Origin: a virus
Taxonomy: Duplodnaviria > Heunggongvirae > Uroviricota > Caudoviricetes
Direction: 5' to 3' (one strand)
Virus record (IMG/VR): IMGVR_UViG_3300029732_000280
Length of the DNA stretch: 64,000 bases
In this document: one piece after another, positions 1 to 10,028 of the stretch
Numbering within the stretch: the stretch's first letter is position 1
How the letters are laid out: each line of letters starts with the position of its first letter
Program-made: the position numbers and the translations under genes
Notes under the pieces: model-generated
Databases searched by the model: none
What the model was told of the DNA's origin: nothing
What the model saw: the letters and a program-made list of their open reading frames with translations, nothing else

Positions 1-233
1 ACGCACTTGATCTCGCAGCTGTTGCTCACAGTCAGCTTCGGTGTCTTATGAGCTCCTGCATCCTCAGCCGTACAGTTCTGCACAGCTACCTGTTTTGCCT
101 CTCGGTTGTACAGAAAGCGATAGTGGGTTGGCCAGCCTAATGCTTCCAACGTGCTGCGGAAGATTGTGATCCTTCCATCCTCGACATTAAAAGTCAGACC
201 CAGCATCCGCTGGTTCCATATTCTTTCGTTCAC
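1..233 (-). CDS. Partial CDS (N-terminus in window, GTG start at 233). Third copy of a recombinase-associated domain, possibly DUF4368-like.
   Basis: RBS AAGGAGGGGAG precedes the GTG. The translation ...LTFNVEDGRITIFRSTLEALGWPTHYRFLYNREAKQVAVQ resembles the ITFNTAC/LRFNTAC region of ORF 290..982 and of the recombinase C-terminus at 975..2807. Confidence 0.4.
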   Translation of the reverse strand, partial: MNERIWNQRMLGLTFNVEDGRITIFRSTLEALGWPTHYRFLYNREAKQVAVQNCTAEDAGAHKTPKLTVSNSCEIKC

Positions 234-289
234 TACTCTCCCCTCCTTAAAAATGGGCGCACTTCCCCCTTGGAATCCTAGTGGCCGTT

Positions 290-982
290 TTAATCAAGCC
301 CGGTGTCGGGGACGGTCTTACCCGTCAGCATCCCCACTGATACATAGCCATCCATTTGCTTAACTTCAGATTCTTTCAGATGTTCTTCTACAGGTACGCC
401 AAAAGTACCCGCAATATCATCGGGGTAAAATCCCTTTCTGGTATTTGCAGGCTTTGTCTCTTGCGCATTTTTCTGGTCTGTTCCATTTTTTCGCTTCTGT
501 CCCTCATGGAAGATCTCCGGCACGAGCAGGTCAAAAACATACAGAGTTTCCCCTTCAAACGAAATTCTGTATCCAAGCATCTTATATCGGCAATCGGTAT
601 CCCAGCCCATTTCCTTATACACCAGTTCTGAAAACGGTTTGCAGGTCATCTTCCGGCTTTTACGTTTATCCGGCTTGGCGATGCACCAGCGCAGGGCATC
701 CTTGTCATTTTCATCACAGCCTCGCACAACAATGCGTTTCAACTCGCTGTTGAACATGACATGTACATAAACCACATCTTCCAGCCCGGTGATGCAGGCT
801 GTGTTAAATGTGATGCTGTCCTTGCGGATCACAATCGCGGGGTCACGAAGATGTGCAAACAGCTCCTTCCGCACGACCTGGTATCCATCATAGGAAAATG
901 TACTTTCTAATTCTTCCGCTCTTGCGTCTCTATCATTTTCTGCCTGCTCTTCCGGTGGCATGGCGTTCGTATTTTCATTCAT
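290..982 (-). CDS. Hypothetical protein sharing a domain with the C-terminus of the adjacent serine recombinase. Translationally coupled to it (ATGAATGA overlap).
   Basis: QVVRKELFAHLRDPAIVIRKDSITFNTACITGLEDVVYVHV aligns with EVVRAQYFATLQNPAMTISNGKLRFNTACLKKFEDVEYVEL of the 975..2807 product. Start verified as ATG. Confidence 0.6.
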   Translation of the reverse strand: MNENTNAMPPEEQAENDRDARAEELESTFSYDGYQVVRKELFAHLRDPAIVIRKDSITFNTACITGLEDVVYVHVMFNSELKRIVVRGCDENDKDALRWCIAKPDKRKSRKMTCKPFSELVYKEMGWDTDCRYKMLGYRISFEGETLYVFDLLVPEIFHEGQKRKNGTDQKNAQETKPANTRKGFYPDDIAGTFGVPVEEHLKESEVKQMDGYVSVGMLTGKTVPDTGLD

Positions 983-2807
983 CTGTGTCAGTCCATCCTT
1001 CCATTATTTTTTCCGCTTCATGGAGCAGAGCATTCAGGCCATCTGCGGTAAAAGTATTCATTTCTTCTATCTCTGCTGCCGGCCGGAGCACATCCCAGTT
1101 TCCTGCATAATGTTCCTGCTGCCAAATGCCAACCTGTGCAATACTTGTGATCGGTTTTCCAAAAGTACCTGCCCATTCTGGCGGGAAGATATAGATCGTC
1201 TGCTTGACGGTTTTTCCCTCTTCATCCTGTTCCTTGGATGGCAGGACAATTTCTTCCACCTTAACCATTTCCGGCTCATCCAGTTCAAACAGCATCAGCT
1301 TGTCATCGTTCTTTCCCACGAGCTGCCCACGGAAACGGTATTTCAAACCTTCTTCCCATTCCATCATGTCAAAAAGGGCTTTTGCCAGACCGCGGCATCC
1401 GAGTGTACTGGCGCACCAGCGTCCCTCTTTCAGTCTGCCCCAGCGGATTGCGTTCGGATTATCCTTTTCGCATGGGCGAATGGCAATGCAGCGGTCAACC
1501 GAATTCAGGAGCAGTTCTACATACTCCACATCTTCAAACTTTTTCAGGCAGGCTGTATTAAAACGCAACTTGCCATTGGAGATCGTCATAGCCGGATTCT
1601 GTAAAGTAGCAAAATACTGTGCCCGCACAACTTCATATCCGCTGAGGTCTAAACGGTTCATGACTTCTACCGTATCCTGCTGTTTTTCCCGCATGACGCT
1701 TTCAGATGCTTCCCGGTATTCTTCTGCCGAAAAGCCGGTCCAGTCCTTATCAAAAGGCACATATCCGCGTAAGATTCCATCATCCACCACACTCAGGACT
1801 GGAAGTGGGCGATTTTTCTTTGTATAACTCCGGGATGCCCGCAGATGATTTGCCGCATTATAGACTTCCCTGGACACGATTGCCTCATGATGATCTCTCT
1901 GCCGGTACTGCGTCCGGTCGTTATTGTTTTTCTTTGATTTATGCGTCAGGAAATTCGGTGTGAAGGTCTTCCTTGCCAACACATCCCCACAATGGCGTTC
2001 ATTAGCAATGACTCCTGCAAGAGTGCCGGGATTCCACTCCGTGTTCCCCAGTTTTGTCTTCCGGCCATAATCTGTCAGTAGCTCTGCAATCTCGGTGAAA
2101 GAAAATCCGTTCAGGTACAGATAGTAAATCACCTTCACCGTCTGTGCTTCGTTCTGATTCACCACAAGGCTGCCATCCTCGTCCTGGTCATATCCGAGCA
2201 GGGCCGGCGTAAGGAACAGTCCACGGCTGAACCTGCGGTCAATGGACCAGTTCATAATGATAGACTTGGAATGAGATTCTTCCTCTGCCACGGATGCCAA
2301 AATCGTCAGGATCATGCGGCCGTTACTGTCCAGTGTGTAGATGTTGTCCGCTTCAAATTTTACACCCACGGGCGGGTCAAGATTTTTCAGTGTTTCAATG
2401 ACGGAAAGACAGTCCACAATGTTTCTGGCGAAACGGGCGATGGACTTTGTGAGGATCAGGTCAATCTTTCCGGCCTTACAGTCCTCGATCAGCTGCTGCA
2501 TTCCTTTGCGATGCTCCAACGATGTACCGCTGATGCCTTCATCATCATAGATTCCAACGAATTCCCATCCCGGCTGTGCCTTGATATAATCCGTGTAATA
2601 ATTTTTCTGAAGTTCATACGAAGAAGTCTGTTCATCATTATCAGTGGAAACACGGACATATGCGGCAACACGACGGATAGAGGTGCTTTCTCCAAGCCCC
2701 TCCACAGTTTTTGCCGGGATAACTTCCAACTCAGAAGTATCCACGCCTTTATATCTGTCTCTGATTCTCTGCTTGCGGTCTGCCGCCTCTGCTCCACTGC
2801 TTATCAT
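975..2807 (-). CDS. Large serine recombinase/integrase (resolvase catalytic domain, recombinase domain, C-terminal accessory domain).
   Basis: AAYVRVSTDNDEQ catalytic-serine motif, SIARFARN and LILTKSI motifs, 610 aa, ATG with RBS. Confidence 0.9.
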   Translation of the reverse strand: MISSGAEAADRKQRIRDRYKGVDTSELEVIPAKTVEGLGESTSIRRVAAYVRVSTDNDEQTSSYELQKNYYTDYIKAQPGWEFVGIYDDEGISGTSLEHRKGMQQLIEDCKAGKIDLILTKSIARFARNIVDCLSVIETLKNLDPPVGVKFEADNIYTLDSNGRMILTILASVAEEESHSKSIIMNWSIDRRFSRGLFLTPALLGYDQDEDGSLVVNQNEAQTVKVIYYLYLNGFSFTEIAELLTDYGRKTKLGNTEWNPGTLAGVIANERHCGDVLARKTFTPNFLTHKSKKNNNDRTQYRQRDHHEAIVSREVYNAANHLRASRSYTKKNRPLPVLSVVDDGILRGYVPFDKDWTGFSAEEYREASESVMREKQQDTVEVMNRLDLSGYEVVRAQYFATLQNPAMTISNGKLRFNTACLKKFEDVEYVELLLNSVDRCIAIRPCEKDNPNAIRWGRLKEGRWCASTLGCRGLAKALFDMMEWEEGLKYRFRGQLVGKNDDKLMLFELDEPEMVKVEEIVLPSKEQDEEGKTVKQTIYIFPPEWAGTFGKPITSIAQVGIWQQEHYAGNWDVLRPAAEIEEMNTFTADGLNALLHEAEKIMEGWTDTDE

Positions 2808-2817
2808 TTGCTCCCTC

Positions 2818-3798
2818 TCATTCCTCCGGCTTCATGCTCCAGTACCACTGTCGCATCTTCCGATAACTCCGGATGCCGAGTTCTTTCTTTGTATTTTCTG
2901 CTGTCCTGCGGCTGATACCTTCATCGCTCATCCGCATATAGATTTCTCTGGATCTCATGTCACCCCCGGAAAGCAGCTTCTTGATCAGATACGCCGCCTT
3001 CTCAGATTTTGACTCAAAAACTGGTGTTTCCGGCTCCGCTGATGGATCTGGCTTAATTTCACACTCCAGCCATTTGAAGCCCTGCTCCGCTGTTATCGAG
3101 AATTTGATTTCACCATCTGACGGAGCCAGACTGTTTTTTATCTGCCGCACAATGCGGATATCTGACTTTTCCGCATCCCGTTCTACTTGTAGAACGCTCC
3201 GGGCAGCCGCAACAACATCGATGCTGCCAAGGCTCCGGTAAAGACCCTTTGTTCCCTCTTTTTTATTAAGGTGTCCGATCAGCACAATGGCACAGTCATA
3301 CATAGATGCCCACATGCCAAGACGCTGCATCAGCCTTCTGGCTCTTCCTGCAATCTGGAGGTCGGAATCACTTCCAAGATATGCCTGGATCGGATCGATA
3401 ACTACCAGCCGCGGCCGGAATTCTATAATAGCCTGCCGGATGCGCTCATCATCCAGTGTCAGGCCACTGTATGTTTCTTCATTTATGAAGGCCACATTCC
3501 TGCAATCTGCCCCACATTTTTCAAGCCGGGGCTTAATGGTATCTGAAATGTCATCTTCTGAGCACTGGTAAATAGCCCTTTGCGGCATTCCGATGGTTTT
3601 ACCATCTGGCAGGGTTCCTCCCTTAGACAGCTCGGCTATCAGGTGCATCATCATTGTGGATTTGCCATCACCGGGGTCACCTTGCAGCAATGTGATCTTT
3701 CCAACTGCTATGAATGGATACCACAGCCAACGAACAGAAGTCGCCTGTACATCACTGTATAATGTAAGAATCCCTTTTTCTCCTTTGTTCGTCATCAT
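2818..3798 (-). CDS. RecA-like AAA ATPase (AAA_25/DnaB-C-like), first gene of the operon divergent from the XRE repressor.
   Basis: Walker A GDPGDGKST, Walker B LVVIDPIQAY, typical of mobile-element RepA/primase-associated ATPases. Confidence 0.75.
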   Translation of the reverse strand: MMTNKGEKGILTLYSDVQATSVRWLWYPFIAVGKITLLQGDPGDGKSTMMMHLIAELSKGGTLPDGKTIGMPQRAIYQCSEDDISDTIKPRLEKCGADCRNVAFINEETYSGLTLDDERIRQAIIEFRPRLVVIDPIQAYLGSDSDLQIAGRARRLMQRLGMWASMYDCAIVLIGHLNKKEGTKGLYRSLGSIDVVAAARSVLQVERDAEKSDIRIVRQIKNSLAPSDGEIKFSITAEQGFKWLECEIKPDPSAEPETPVFESKSEKAAYLIKKLLSGGDMRSREIYMRMSDEGISRRTAENTKKELGIRSYRKMRQWYWSMKPEE

Positions 3799-3860
3799 CG
3801 TCCCTTTCTGTGTGCAGTCTTTTCTACATTTATATTATAAGGTTTGATCGATGATTTGAC

Positions 3861-3879
3861 TGCTACCTATCATGTAGCA
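3861..3879. promoter_or_regulatory. Operator palindrome O1 (TGCTAC-N7-GTAGCA) in the divergent promoter region. Overlaps a TTGACT -35 for the plus strand and AGTCAA-17-TATAAT for the minus strand.
   Basis: Perfect 6-bp inverted-repeat arms seen directly. Lies between the XRE gene and the divergent ATPase operon. Confidence 0.6.
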
Positions 3880-3890
3880 CGTTTCGCATT

Positions 3891-3911
3891 TTGCTACATA
3901 TCAGGTAGCAA
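3891..3911. promoter_or_regulatory. Operator palindrome O2 (TTGCTAC-N7-GTAGCAA).
   Basis: Perfect 7-bp arms, 12 bp from O1, same half-site. Confidence 0.6.
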
Positions 3912-3978
3912 AACAGCCTTAGACCACATAACAGATAGAGGTGTAGACCTTTGCGACCTTAGATTTCCTGTAATCAAG

Positions 3979-4047
3979 TTGCTATGTATTTTTCTCTGCG
4001 GGATAATCGTAACAGCCTTATGCGGGTACACATAAGGAGGAACATAC
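3979..4047 (+). promoter_or_regulatory. Promoter of the XRE gene: TTGCTAT-N17-GATAAT, then RBS AAGGAGG. A member of the repeated TTGCTAT...CTGCGG...ATTAT promoter family found in the accessory island.
   Basis: TTGCTATGTATTTTTCTCTGCGGGATAAT here, compared with TTGCTATATATGTGTTTCTGCGGCATTAT at 43805. Confidence 0.55.
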
Positions 4048-4389
4048 ATGGCTATTGATTATGAATCTTTAGGTAAACGTATCGCAAACGCACGTAAACA
4101 GACCGGAATCACACAGGAGGCTCTCGGTGAACAACTTAATATGACCCGAAAACACATCAGTGTTATCGAAACCGCCATTAATCGTCCCAGTCTTGATACA
4201 CTGGTTGATATTGCCAACGCACTAAATGTCTCAGCAGATGATCTTCTTGTAGACAGTTTGACGCACTCCGCATCCACTGCCGACTCCGAGATCCACCGTC
4301 TGCTTTTAGACTGTAATGCAATTGAGCAGGAGATTCTCACCCGGATGGTAAAGGAGATGAAAGCAATTTTATACGGCTTAGGAGTTTGA
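4048..4389 (+). CDS. XRE-family helix-turn-helix transcriptional repressor (CI-like, no peptidase domain).
   Basis: TQEALGEQLNMTRKHISVIETAINRPSLDTLVDIANALNVSADDLL is an HTH_3 signature. ATG with strong RBS, divergent from the ATPase operon with operators in between. Confidence 0.85.
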   Translation: MAIDYESLGKRIANARKQTGITQEALGEQLNMTRKHISVIETAINRPSLDTLVDIANALNVSADDLLVDSLTHSASTADSEIHRLLLDCNAIEQEILTRMVKEMKAILYGLGV

Positions 4390-4621
4390 TTTTATAACTT
4401 GTTGATCATATAACAAGAAGCCCGCATAAGCCACAACTGCACTTTGGAACACACCGAAGTGCTGTCTGTGGTTTATGCGGATAAGGACAAAAAAGAAGCC
4501 CACCAGCGTACCATGTAGGAATCTACACAATACGCCAGTGGGCCGATAAGTTTCAATTATGCACTTCTTTTCTCATCCAGTTCTTTTATCTCATCAACTG
4601 CAGACTTCTTAAATTCCTGTA

Positions 4622-5017
4622 TTATCTCTCTCCCCGCCTTAGACACCGATAAGCATCTTCGATAAAACTTATGAACTCCTCGCTGGCACACTCGATCAGG
4701 CATTTTCCATCCACGGCTTTCAACTTTTCAATAACCATTTCAGACAGTGCATTCCCATGCCCTCTCATCTTCTGAGTAGCAAACGCCACGGACTCATCGA
4801 TGAACGCAGCGTACTTTGCACCATCAATATTGCTTTGTACCGGCACGCCTTCGCCACTGTCAAGCCGGATCACTTTTGGCCCATACACAGCCCTCACCTT
4901 TCTCAGTGCCTCTGCCGGCTCCATGCTCTGGAGATATAATTTCATAGCACCGGCCGCCACAATCTCATCAGCTGTTGCACCATATTTTTCTGCCAGCATC
5001 CCAGCTACATCTTTCAT
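4622..5017 (-). CDS. Hypothetical protein (131 aa). True start is the ATG at 5017, not the GTG at 5026.
   Basis: RBS GAGGAG 8 nt upstream of ATG. Own promoter region containing a TATGTGTATTT x2 direct repeat. No recognisable domain. Confidence 0.45.
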   Translation of the reverse strand: MKDVAGMLAEKYGATADEIVAAGAMKLYLQSMEPAEALRKVRAVYGPKVIRLDSGEGVPVQSNIDGAKYAAFIDESVAFATQKMRGHGNALSEMVIEKLKAVDGKCLIECASEEFISFIEDAYRCLRRGER

Positions 5018-5162
5018 TCCAAACACTCCTCGCTATGTGTATTTTCTGTCGTATGTGTATTTCTCGCCACCCACAACATATAACAGGATTCTGCACATAG
5101 CAATCCTTACGGGTAAAAAAGACCAGACAAAAAACAGGCAAACTAGCAGCACAATAAAACCT

Positions 5163-5217
5163 TAAAAAACAAAAAAAGCCCTGCCAGATGCAGCCACAAA
5201 AGCCACACCCGGCAGGG
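5163..5217 (-). terminator. Rho-independent terminator after the second serine recombinase.
   Basis: Minus-strand hairpin GCCCTGCC...GGCAGGGC followed by TTTTTTTGTTTTTT. Confidence 0.75.
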
Positions 5218-5232
5218 TTCTGTCTCCTTTCA

Positions 5233-7533
5233 TCACACCGCTTCTTCCCTCTCGCGCTTCGCTGCAGTTGTCAGGTATCTGCGGTACTGAATGCTGAATC
5301 CGTACACCTTATAAGGAGCATCCACATAGACCACATTGCCGTCCATGTCACTCCGCTTATAACCCATGAAGCTGTCGAGCGTTCTGCGGTTGCCTTTTGA
5401 GGTCAGTGTCACACCGAAGTTTGTCTTATAGGTTGCCACATCCCCCTGCAGTACCCCGCTCTCAACAAAAGCACAGTAGATGCCTTTTTCAAAGTGGAGC
5501 ATATCTGGTGCTTCTGCGATCCGCTCAGGAGTCAGCTTGAGCTTTCCGCTGGTGATGGCACGTTTCCGGCCTTCGATGGCATTTCCGTCCACATCCCGAA
5601 GCAGGGTTCCCTGTACATCCAGACCGTTGACTCTCAGCGGCATTCCGCCTGCATTGGTATCCGGCAGTTCTTTCAGACAGGCAAGGAAGTATTCAAAGTT
5701 CTTTTTCATGATCGCCAGCACACCCTGTTCTTCCTCTATCGTCTGCCGTTCCTGTTGGAGTGTTTTCAGCCGTTCCTGCAGGTCGTTCACAAGTTCTGTA
5801 TAAATCTGGGCTTCCGAACCTTCCTCCGTTTCCGTTCCATAGAAGCTCACTCCGATGCTTCCCGGTGTCAGTCCGCTCCGGATGTCCAGGTCGATGTCAT
5901 CAATGGTCACCTCCCCGTTGGAAAGGGCTTCATTCAGTTCCACGTTCTGTTCCAGTGCAGCTTCCCGAAGCGCCGCCACCTGATGGCTGATGGCATCCTG
6001 CAGGCGTTCTTCCATCTCCTTGATCTGATTTTCTACCGTTGCCATCCTCTGCACCGAGATGCTGTTGTTATTCGCCAGCCGGACAGCCTGCTCATAGGCA
6101 TTGTCAAACATCGTCACGATCATGGAGGCATCACCGTGCTGTTCAAAGTCACGCTTCATGCTGTAGAGCAGTTCCATGAAACTCTGCTCCAGCGCACACT
6201 CATGGTAGCGTTCTGAGGGGCAGCGCTTGTTTGCCGCTTCCTTTTCCTCATCCGACATGCAGCCTTTCTTGCTCCGGCAATACGCTTTCTGGTCGGGAGA
6301 ACCGTTCTTCGGCGGCTCACCGTCCCGCTCCCCGACCTTACGCTTGCACCGCCAAACGGGATACGAATAGGTGTATTTTTCCAGATACTCTCCGGTATCC
6401 TCACCAGTCGCCTTAAGACTTCGCTCATCGCTGTAACCATTTGCCACACCCGTGTAGGTTGTACGGAAGAATCCCTCCCCGCAGGGCTTTCCGGCATCCG
6501 GCCCATTCTCCAGGATCGCACCGCAGCGCAGGTTTCCAAACGGAGAACCCTTAATGCTCTTTACCTTTTTCTTGCCGGGGCCTTTCGTCATATCTGCCCT
6601 CGGCTTCTCGAACAGCATGGTCTGTACCTTATCCCAAGTCACACGGTCGATGATGCCCACATGATGGTTCTTCACATAGTACCGGGGTGCTTCGCCCTTA
6701 TTGATGCTGGAACGGTGGGTAAGGAAGTCCTTCGTGATGGTCTTCTGCATCTCAATGTCGCCCACATACTTCTCATTCCGCAGGACGATCAGGATCGAGC
6801 TGGCACTCCACTTCTTCCCATTGACCGTGAACTTTTCCATCTGGTTCAGCTCCTGAGCGATCTTATTCGCCGTTTGGCCTTTCACGAAACGGTCAAAAAT
6901 GTAGCGGATGATCTCTGCCTGCTCCGGCACGATGACCCACTGCTTATTTTCCCCAAGCTCATATCCCAGCATCCGTTTCAGATTGATATGCGGGACACCA
7001 GACTGGAACTTCTTCTGGATGCTCCATCGGATGTTATCGGAAATGGAACGGCTCTCATCCTGTGCCAGTGCAGAAAGGATCGTCAGGATCAGCTCACCTT
7101 TGGCATCCAGCGTGTCGATATTTTCTTTCTCGAAATAGATACCCACTGGCGGCTTCAGCTGCCGAAGCTCACGGGTACATGTCAGGGAGTCAATGGTGTT
7201 TCGCGCGAATCGGGAAATGGACTTTGTAACGATGTAGTCCAGCTTTCCATCCATCGCATCTTTTATCATGCGGTTGAATTCTTCTCGATGTTCCCGGTTC
7301 GTACCAGATTTTGCTTCATCCGCGTAGATGCCGGCAAAGATCCAGCCGGGCTTCCGGGTGATGAGGTCTTTGTAGAATGCTTTCTGTGTCGTGTAGGAAG
7401 TCTGCTGGCTTTCATCTCCCGTGGAAACACGGCAGTAAGCCGCCACACGGATGTTGGTCTGGCTTTTCAGCTGCCCGCCGTTCTGTACCGAGCGCACACT
7501 GGCGGGGATCACATCCACTTTTTGTCTTGTCAT
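5233..7533 (-). CDS. Large serine recombinase (766 aa).
   Basis: AAYCRVSTGDESQ, SISRFARN, long coiled-coil C-terminal half. ATG with RBS GAAAGGAG. Confidence 0.9.
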   Translation of the reverse strand: MTRQKVDVIPASVRSVQNGGQLKSQTNIRVAAYCRVSTGDESQQTSYTTQKAFYKDLITRKPGWIFAGIYADEAKSGTNREHREEFNRMIKDAMDGKLDYIVTKSISRFARNTIDSLTCTRELRQLKPPVGIYFEKENIDTLDAKGELILTILSALAQDESRSISDNIRWSIQKKFQSGVPHINLKRMLGYELGENKQWVIVPEQAEIIRYIFDRFVKGQTANKIAQELNQMEKFTVNGKKWSASSILIVLRNEKYVGDIEMQKTITKDFLTHRSSINKGEAPRYYVKNHHVGIIDRVTWDKVQTMLFEKPRADMTKGPGKKKVKSIKGSPFGNLRCGAILENGPDAGKPCGEGFFRTTYTGVANGYSDERSLKATGEDTGEYLEKYTYSYPVWRCKRKVGERDGEPPKNGSPDQKAYCRSKKGCMSDEEKEAANKRCPSERYHECALEQSFMELLYSMKRDFEQHGDASMIVTMFDNAYEQAVRLANNNSISVQRMATVENQIKEMEERLQDAISHQVAALREAALEQNVELNEALSNGEVTIDDIDLDIRSGLTPGSIGVSFYGTETEEGSEAQIYTELVNDLQERLKTLQQERQTIEEEQGVLAIMKKNFEYFLACLKELPDTNAGGMPLRVNGLDVQGTLLRDVDGNAIEGRKRAITSGKLKLTPERIAEAPDMLHFEKGIYCAFVESGVLQGDVATYKTNFGVTLTSKGNRRTLDSFMGYKRSDMDGNVVYVDAPYKVYGFSIQYRRYLTTAAKREREEAV

Positions 7534-7567
7534 AATCTGCTCCTTTCTTCCAGCCTTGCAACTGGTC

Positions 7568-9928
7568 TTATCTTACATACCTCTTCCGCTGGCTGCCGTC
7601 GCGCATCGTATGCCCGTCATAATAGCTTGCGGTATTGCGGTAATCTTCGATATTGGAATCCATCTCTACCTCGGTCTTGGTGTCATCGAACCAGTGGACC
7701 GTAAACTTCAGCGGTGAATGGATCGTGATGGAGAGGAGGAATGCCTTGCAGTGTTCTTCGGTCACTTCATTCAGAAAGGCCACCGTACCATCCCGCCCCG
7801 CCGGGAGGTTCTTCATCCACTCGATTGCCTTTTCCCTTCGTTCATAGTCGCCCTCCAGTTCTTCCCAGTAGTCTTCCATATAGTCGAGCTGTTCGGTCAG
7901 TTTCTGCTCAGTGTCCGTGTCCTTCTGAATATCACACTCCAGTTTCTCAATGAGCTTTTTCTTCTCCTCAATAGAAGCAGGGTCGATCATCTCGTCACCG
8001 AGAAGTTCCAGACGGGTCTGCATCACATCCACCTGACTTTTCAGGATCCGGATCTTCTTACTGGTGCTTTCCACACTGGTGTGTGCGGCCGCTATCTGCT
8101 TTTTATAAAAAGCACGGTCGCGTTCCATAAAATCCAGCTTCTGAATGCTCTCCAGCCGTGCAAGCATCTGGCTTACAAAAGAATCTGCTTCCGTGGTGAA
8201 GTTGTCATACTGCTCTTTGAACCGGCCGCTCATGATGTCTGCCACAGCCACGTTGTCATGGATGGGCTTAAGCGTCAGCCGGAACCGCTCCAGAACTGCT
8301 TTACGGAAGGCTCGGACAACCTGTTCCTCGTATACTTTTTCTGCATGGCAGATACGTTTTCCTGTCGTCCGGCTGCTCGTCGGGCACCGCCAGATGGGAT
8401 AGTTCCCATTTCCGTTTGTCACATGGAAAAAGCGGCCGCACTCCCCGCAGATTAGTCTTTGGGAAAACGCTCTCGGCTTCTTGCTGGATCTTGTCCTGTT
8501 ATATAAATCGCTGTTTACTTTTACAACTTCCTGTGCCTTTTCAAACAGGTCCTCGTCAACGATTGCCGGATGATGGTTCCGGACAAAATACTGAGGAACT
8601 TCGCCTTTGTTGTCCCGGACTTCATGTGTCAGGTAATCCGATGTGAACTTCTTCTGGATAAGGACTGCACCCATGTACCGCTCGGCACGGACGATCCGCG
8701 TGATATTCCCGCCTGTCCATCCATCCAGCAGATCACTGTTTAACTGCCCTTTCTTGGATTTTTTCTTTCTTACTCTCACTGCGTCGGTGACAGGAGCCGG
8801 AATCTTGTCCATGTTCAGTCCCCTTGCAATCTCCGTATAGGCTTTCCCTTCCACAACTTCATGGAAAATGCGCCGGACGACCCTGGCTTCTTCCTCAACG
8901 ATCTCAATATCTTTATACTCATATCCGCTCTCGGAGGTAACCATCTTCCCATTGTAGCGGTATCCGTACATGATCTTGTTTGGAACATCCCCCTTCGGAA
9001 AGCGCATCTTCTGCCCCAGCCGGATGTTGCTGGAAATGCTGCGGCTTTCTTCCTGTGCAATGGCTGCCAGTGTCGTAAGGATGAAGTCGCTGGTCGGGTC
9101 TGCCGTATCCAGATTTTCTTTCTCGAACAGAATCGTTACCCCGCAGTCATGCAGGACATCCAGTGCACTCATAAAGTCAGCCGTGTTTCGGGCAAATCGT
9201 GATATGGACTTGCACACAATGCGGTCGATCTTCCCGTCCTTACAATGGCGCATCAGTCGGCGGAATCCGGTTCTCTTTTCCTTTGAAGTGCCGGAGATGC
9301 CGTAATCGGAGTACACACCGACTGCATTCCATGCCGGATTATTTTCAATCAGCTGGTTAAAGTATTTTTCCTGCGTTTCATAGGAGTTCTCTTGGTCGCT
9401 CATGTCCGTAGAAACGCGGATGTAAGCTGCCACATTAAGGGTTCCGGCTTTCTTTTTGGTAGCCCGGAAGGTCGCCGTCGAAACGAACTTGTTATCCTGC
9501 GGTTCTTCCGGTGTGAAGAGCTTCGTAAACTCACTCTCCATACTGCTCTGCAGCCGTTCTACAATGTCCGGCTCTGCCATGACCTTTTTGGCATCCAGAG
9601 CTTTCTGGATAAGAGCTGTGATACCGGCGTCCACGATGTCTTTTGATTTTTGGGGTGTCTGTTTTTTATCTGATGCGTTTTTGGGTTTTTGTTGAGTAGA
9701 CCTGCCCTGGTGCGTATCAGCCAGTGGTAAAAAAGAAGCTGTGGCAGCATCCGTACTTTGACGAACATCTGCCACAGCTTCCACAGGTTTCTTTTTCCCA
9801 AGAGCGGCTTCCAGTAAAGCCGAGACATCCACAGCAGATGCATTTACTCTCTTCTGCTGTTTCTGCTGTACTGTATTCTTCACAGTCTTTTTCTGCAGAT
9901 TTGCAAGGAAATCCGTACCAGTACTCAT
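7568..9928 (-). CDS. Large serine recombinase (786 aa) with a ~160-aa basic N-terminal extension.
   Basis: AAYIRVSTDMSDQ, SISRFARN, Cys-rich zinc-ribbon region CGECGRFFH...CPTSS. ATG with RBS GGAAAGGAG. Confidence 0.9.
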   Translation of the reverse strand: MSTGTDFLANLQKKTVKNTVQQKQQKRVNASAVDVSALLEAALGKKKPVEAVADVRQSTDAATASFLPLADTHQGRSTQQKPKNASDKKQTPQKSKDIVDAGITALIQKALDAKKVMAEPDIVERLQSSMESEFTKLFTPEEPQDNKFVSTATFRATKKKAGTLNVAAYIRVSTDMSDQENSYETQEKYFNQLIENNPAWNAVGVYSDYGISGTSKEKRTGFRRLMRHCKDGKIDRIVCKSISRFARNTADFMSALDVLHDCGVTILFEKENLDTADPTSDFILTTLAAIAQEESRSISSNIRLGQKMRFPKGDVPNKIMYGYRYNGKMVTSESGYEYKDIEIVEEEARVVRRIFHEVVEGKAYTEIARGLNMDKIPAPVTDAVRVRKKKSKKGQLNSDLLDGWTGGNITRIVRAERYMGAVLIQKKFTSDYLTHEVRDNKGEVPQYFVRNHHPAIVDEDLFEKAQEVVKVNSDLYNRTRSSKKPRAFSQRLICGECGRFFHVTNGNGNYPIWRCPTSSRTTGKRICHAEKVYEEQVVRAFRKAVLERFRLTLKPIHDNVAVADIMSGRFKEQYDNFTTEADSFVSQMLARLESIQKLDFMERDRAFYKKQIAAAHTSVESTSKKIRILKSQVDVMQTRLELLGDEMIDPASIEEKKKLIEKLECDIQKDTDTEQKLTEQLDYMEDYWEELEGDYERREKAIEWMKNLPAGRDGTVAFLNEVTEEHCKAFLLSITIHSPLKFTVHWFDDTKTEVEMDSNIEDYRNTASYYDGHTMRDGSQRKRYVR

Positions 9929-10028
9929 AGTTTTCGCTCCTTTCCTGCCCGTTTTCTTCTCTTTGGGCAGTCACATATTCCCTCTGTTTCGTGATATTAT
10001 CAAGTAATTTCGGCGCAGAAAGACGGAG

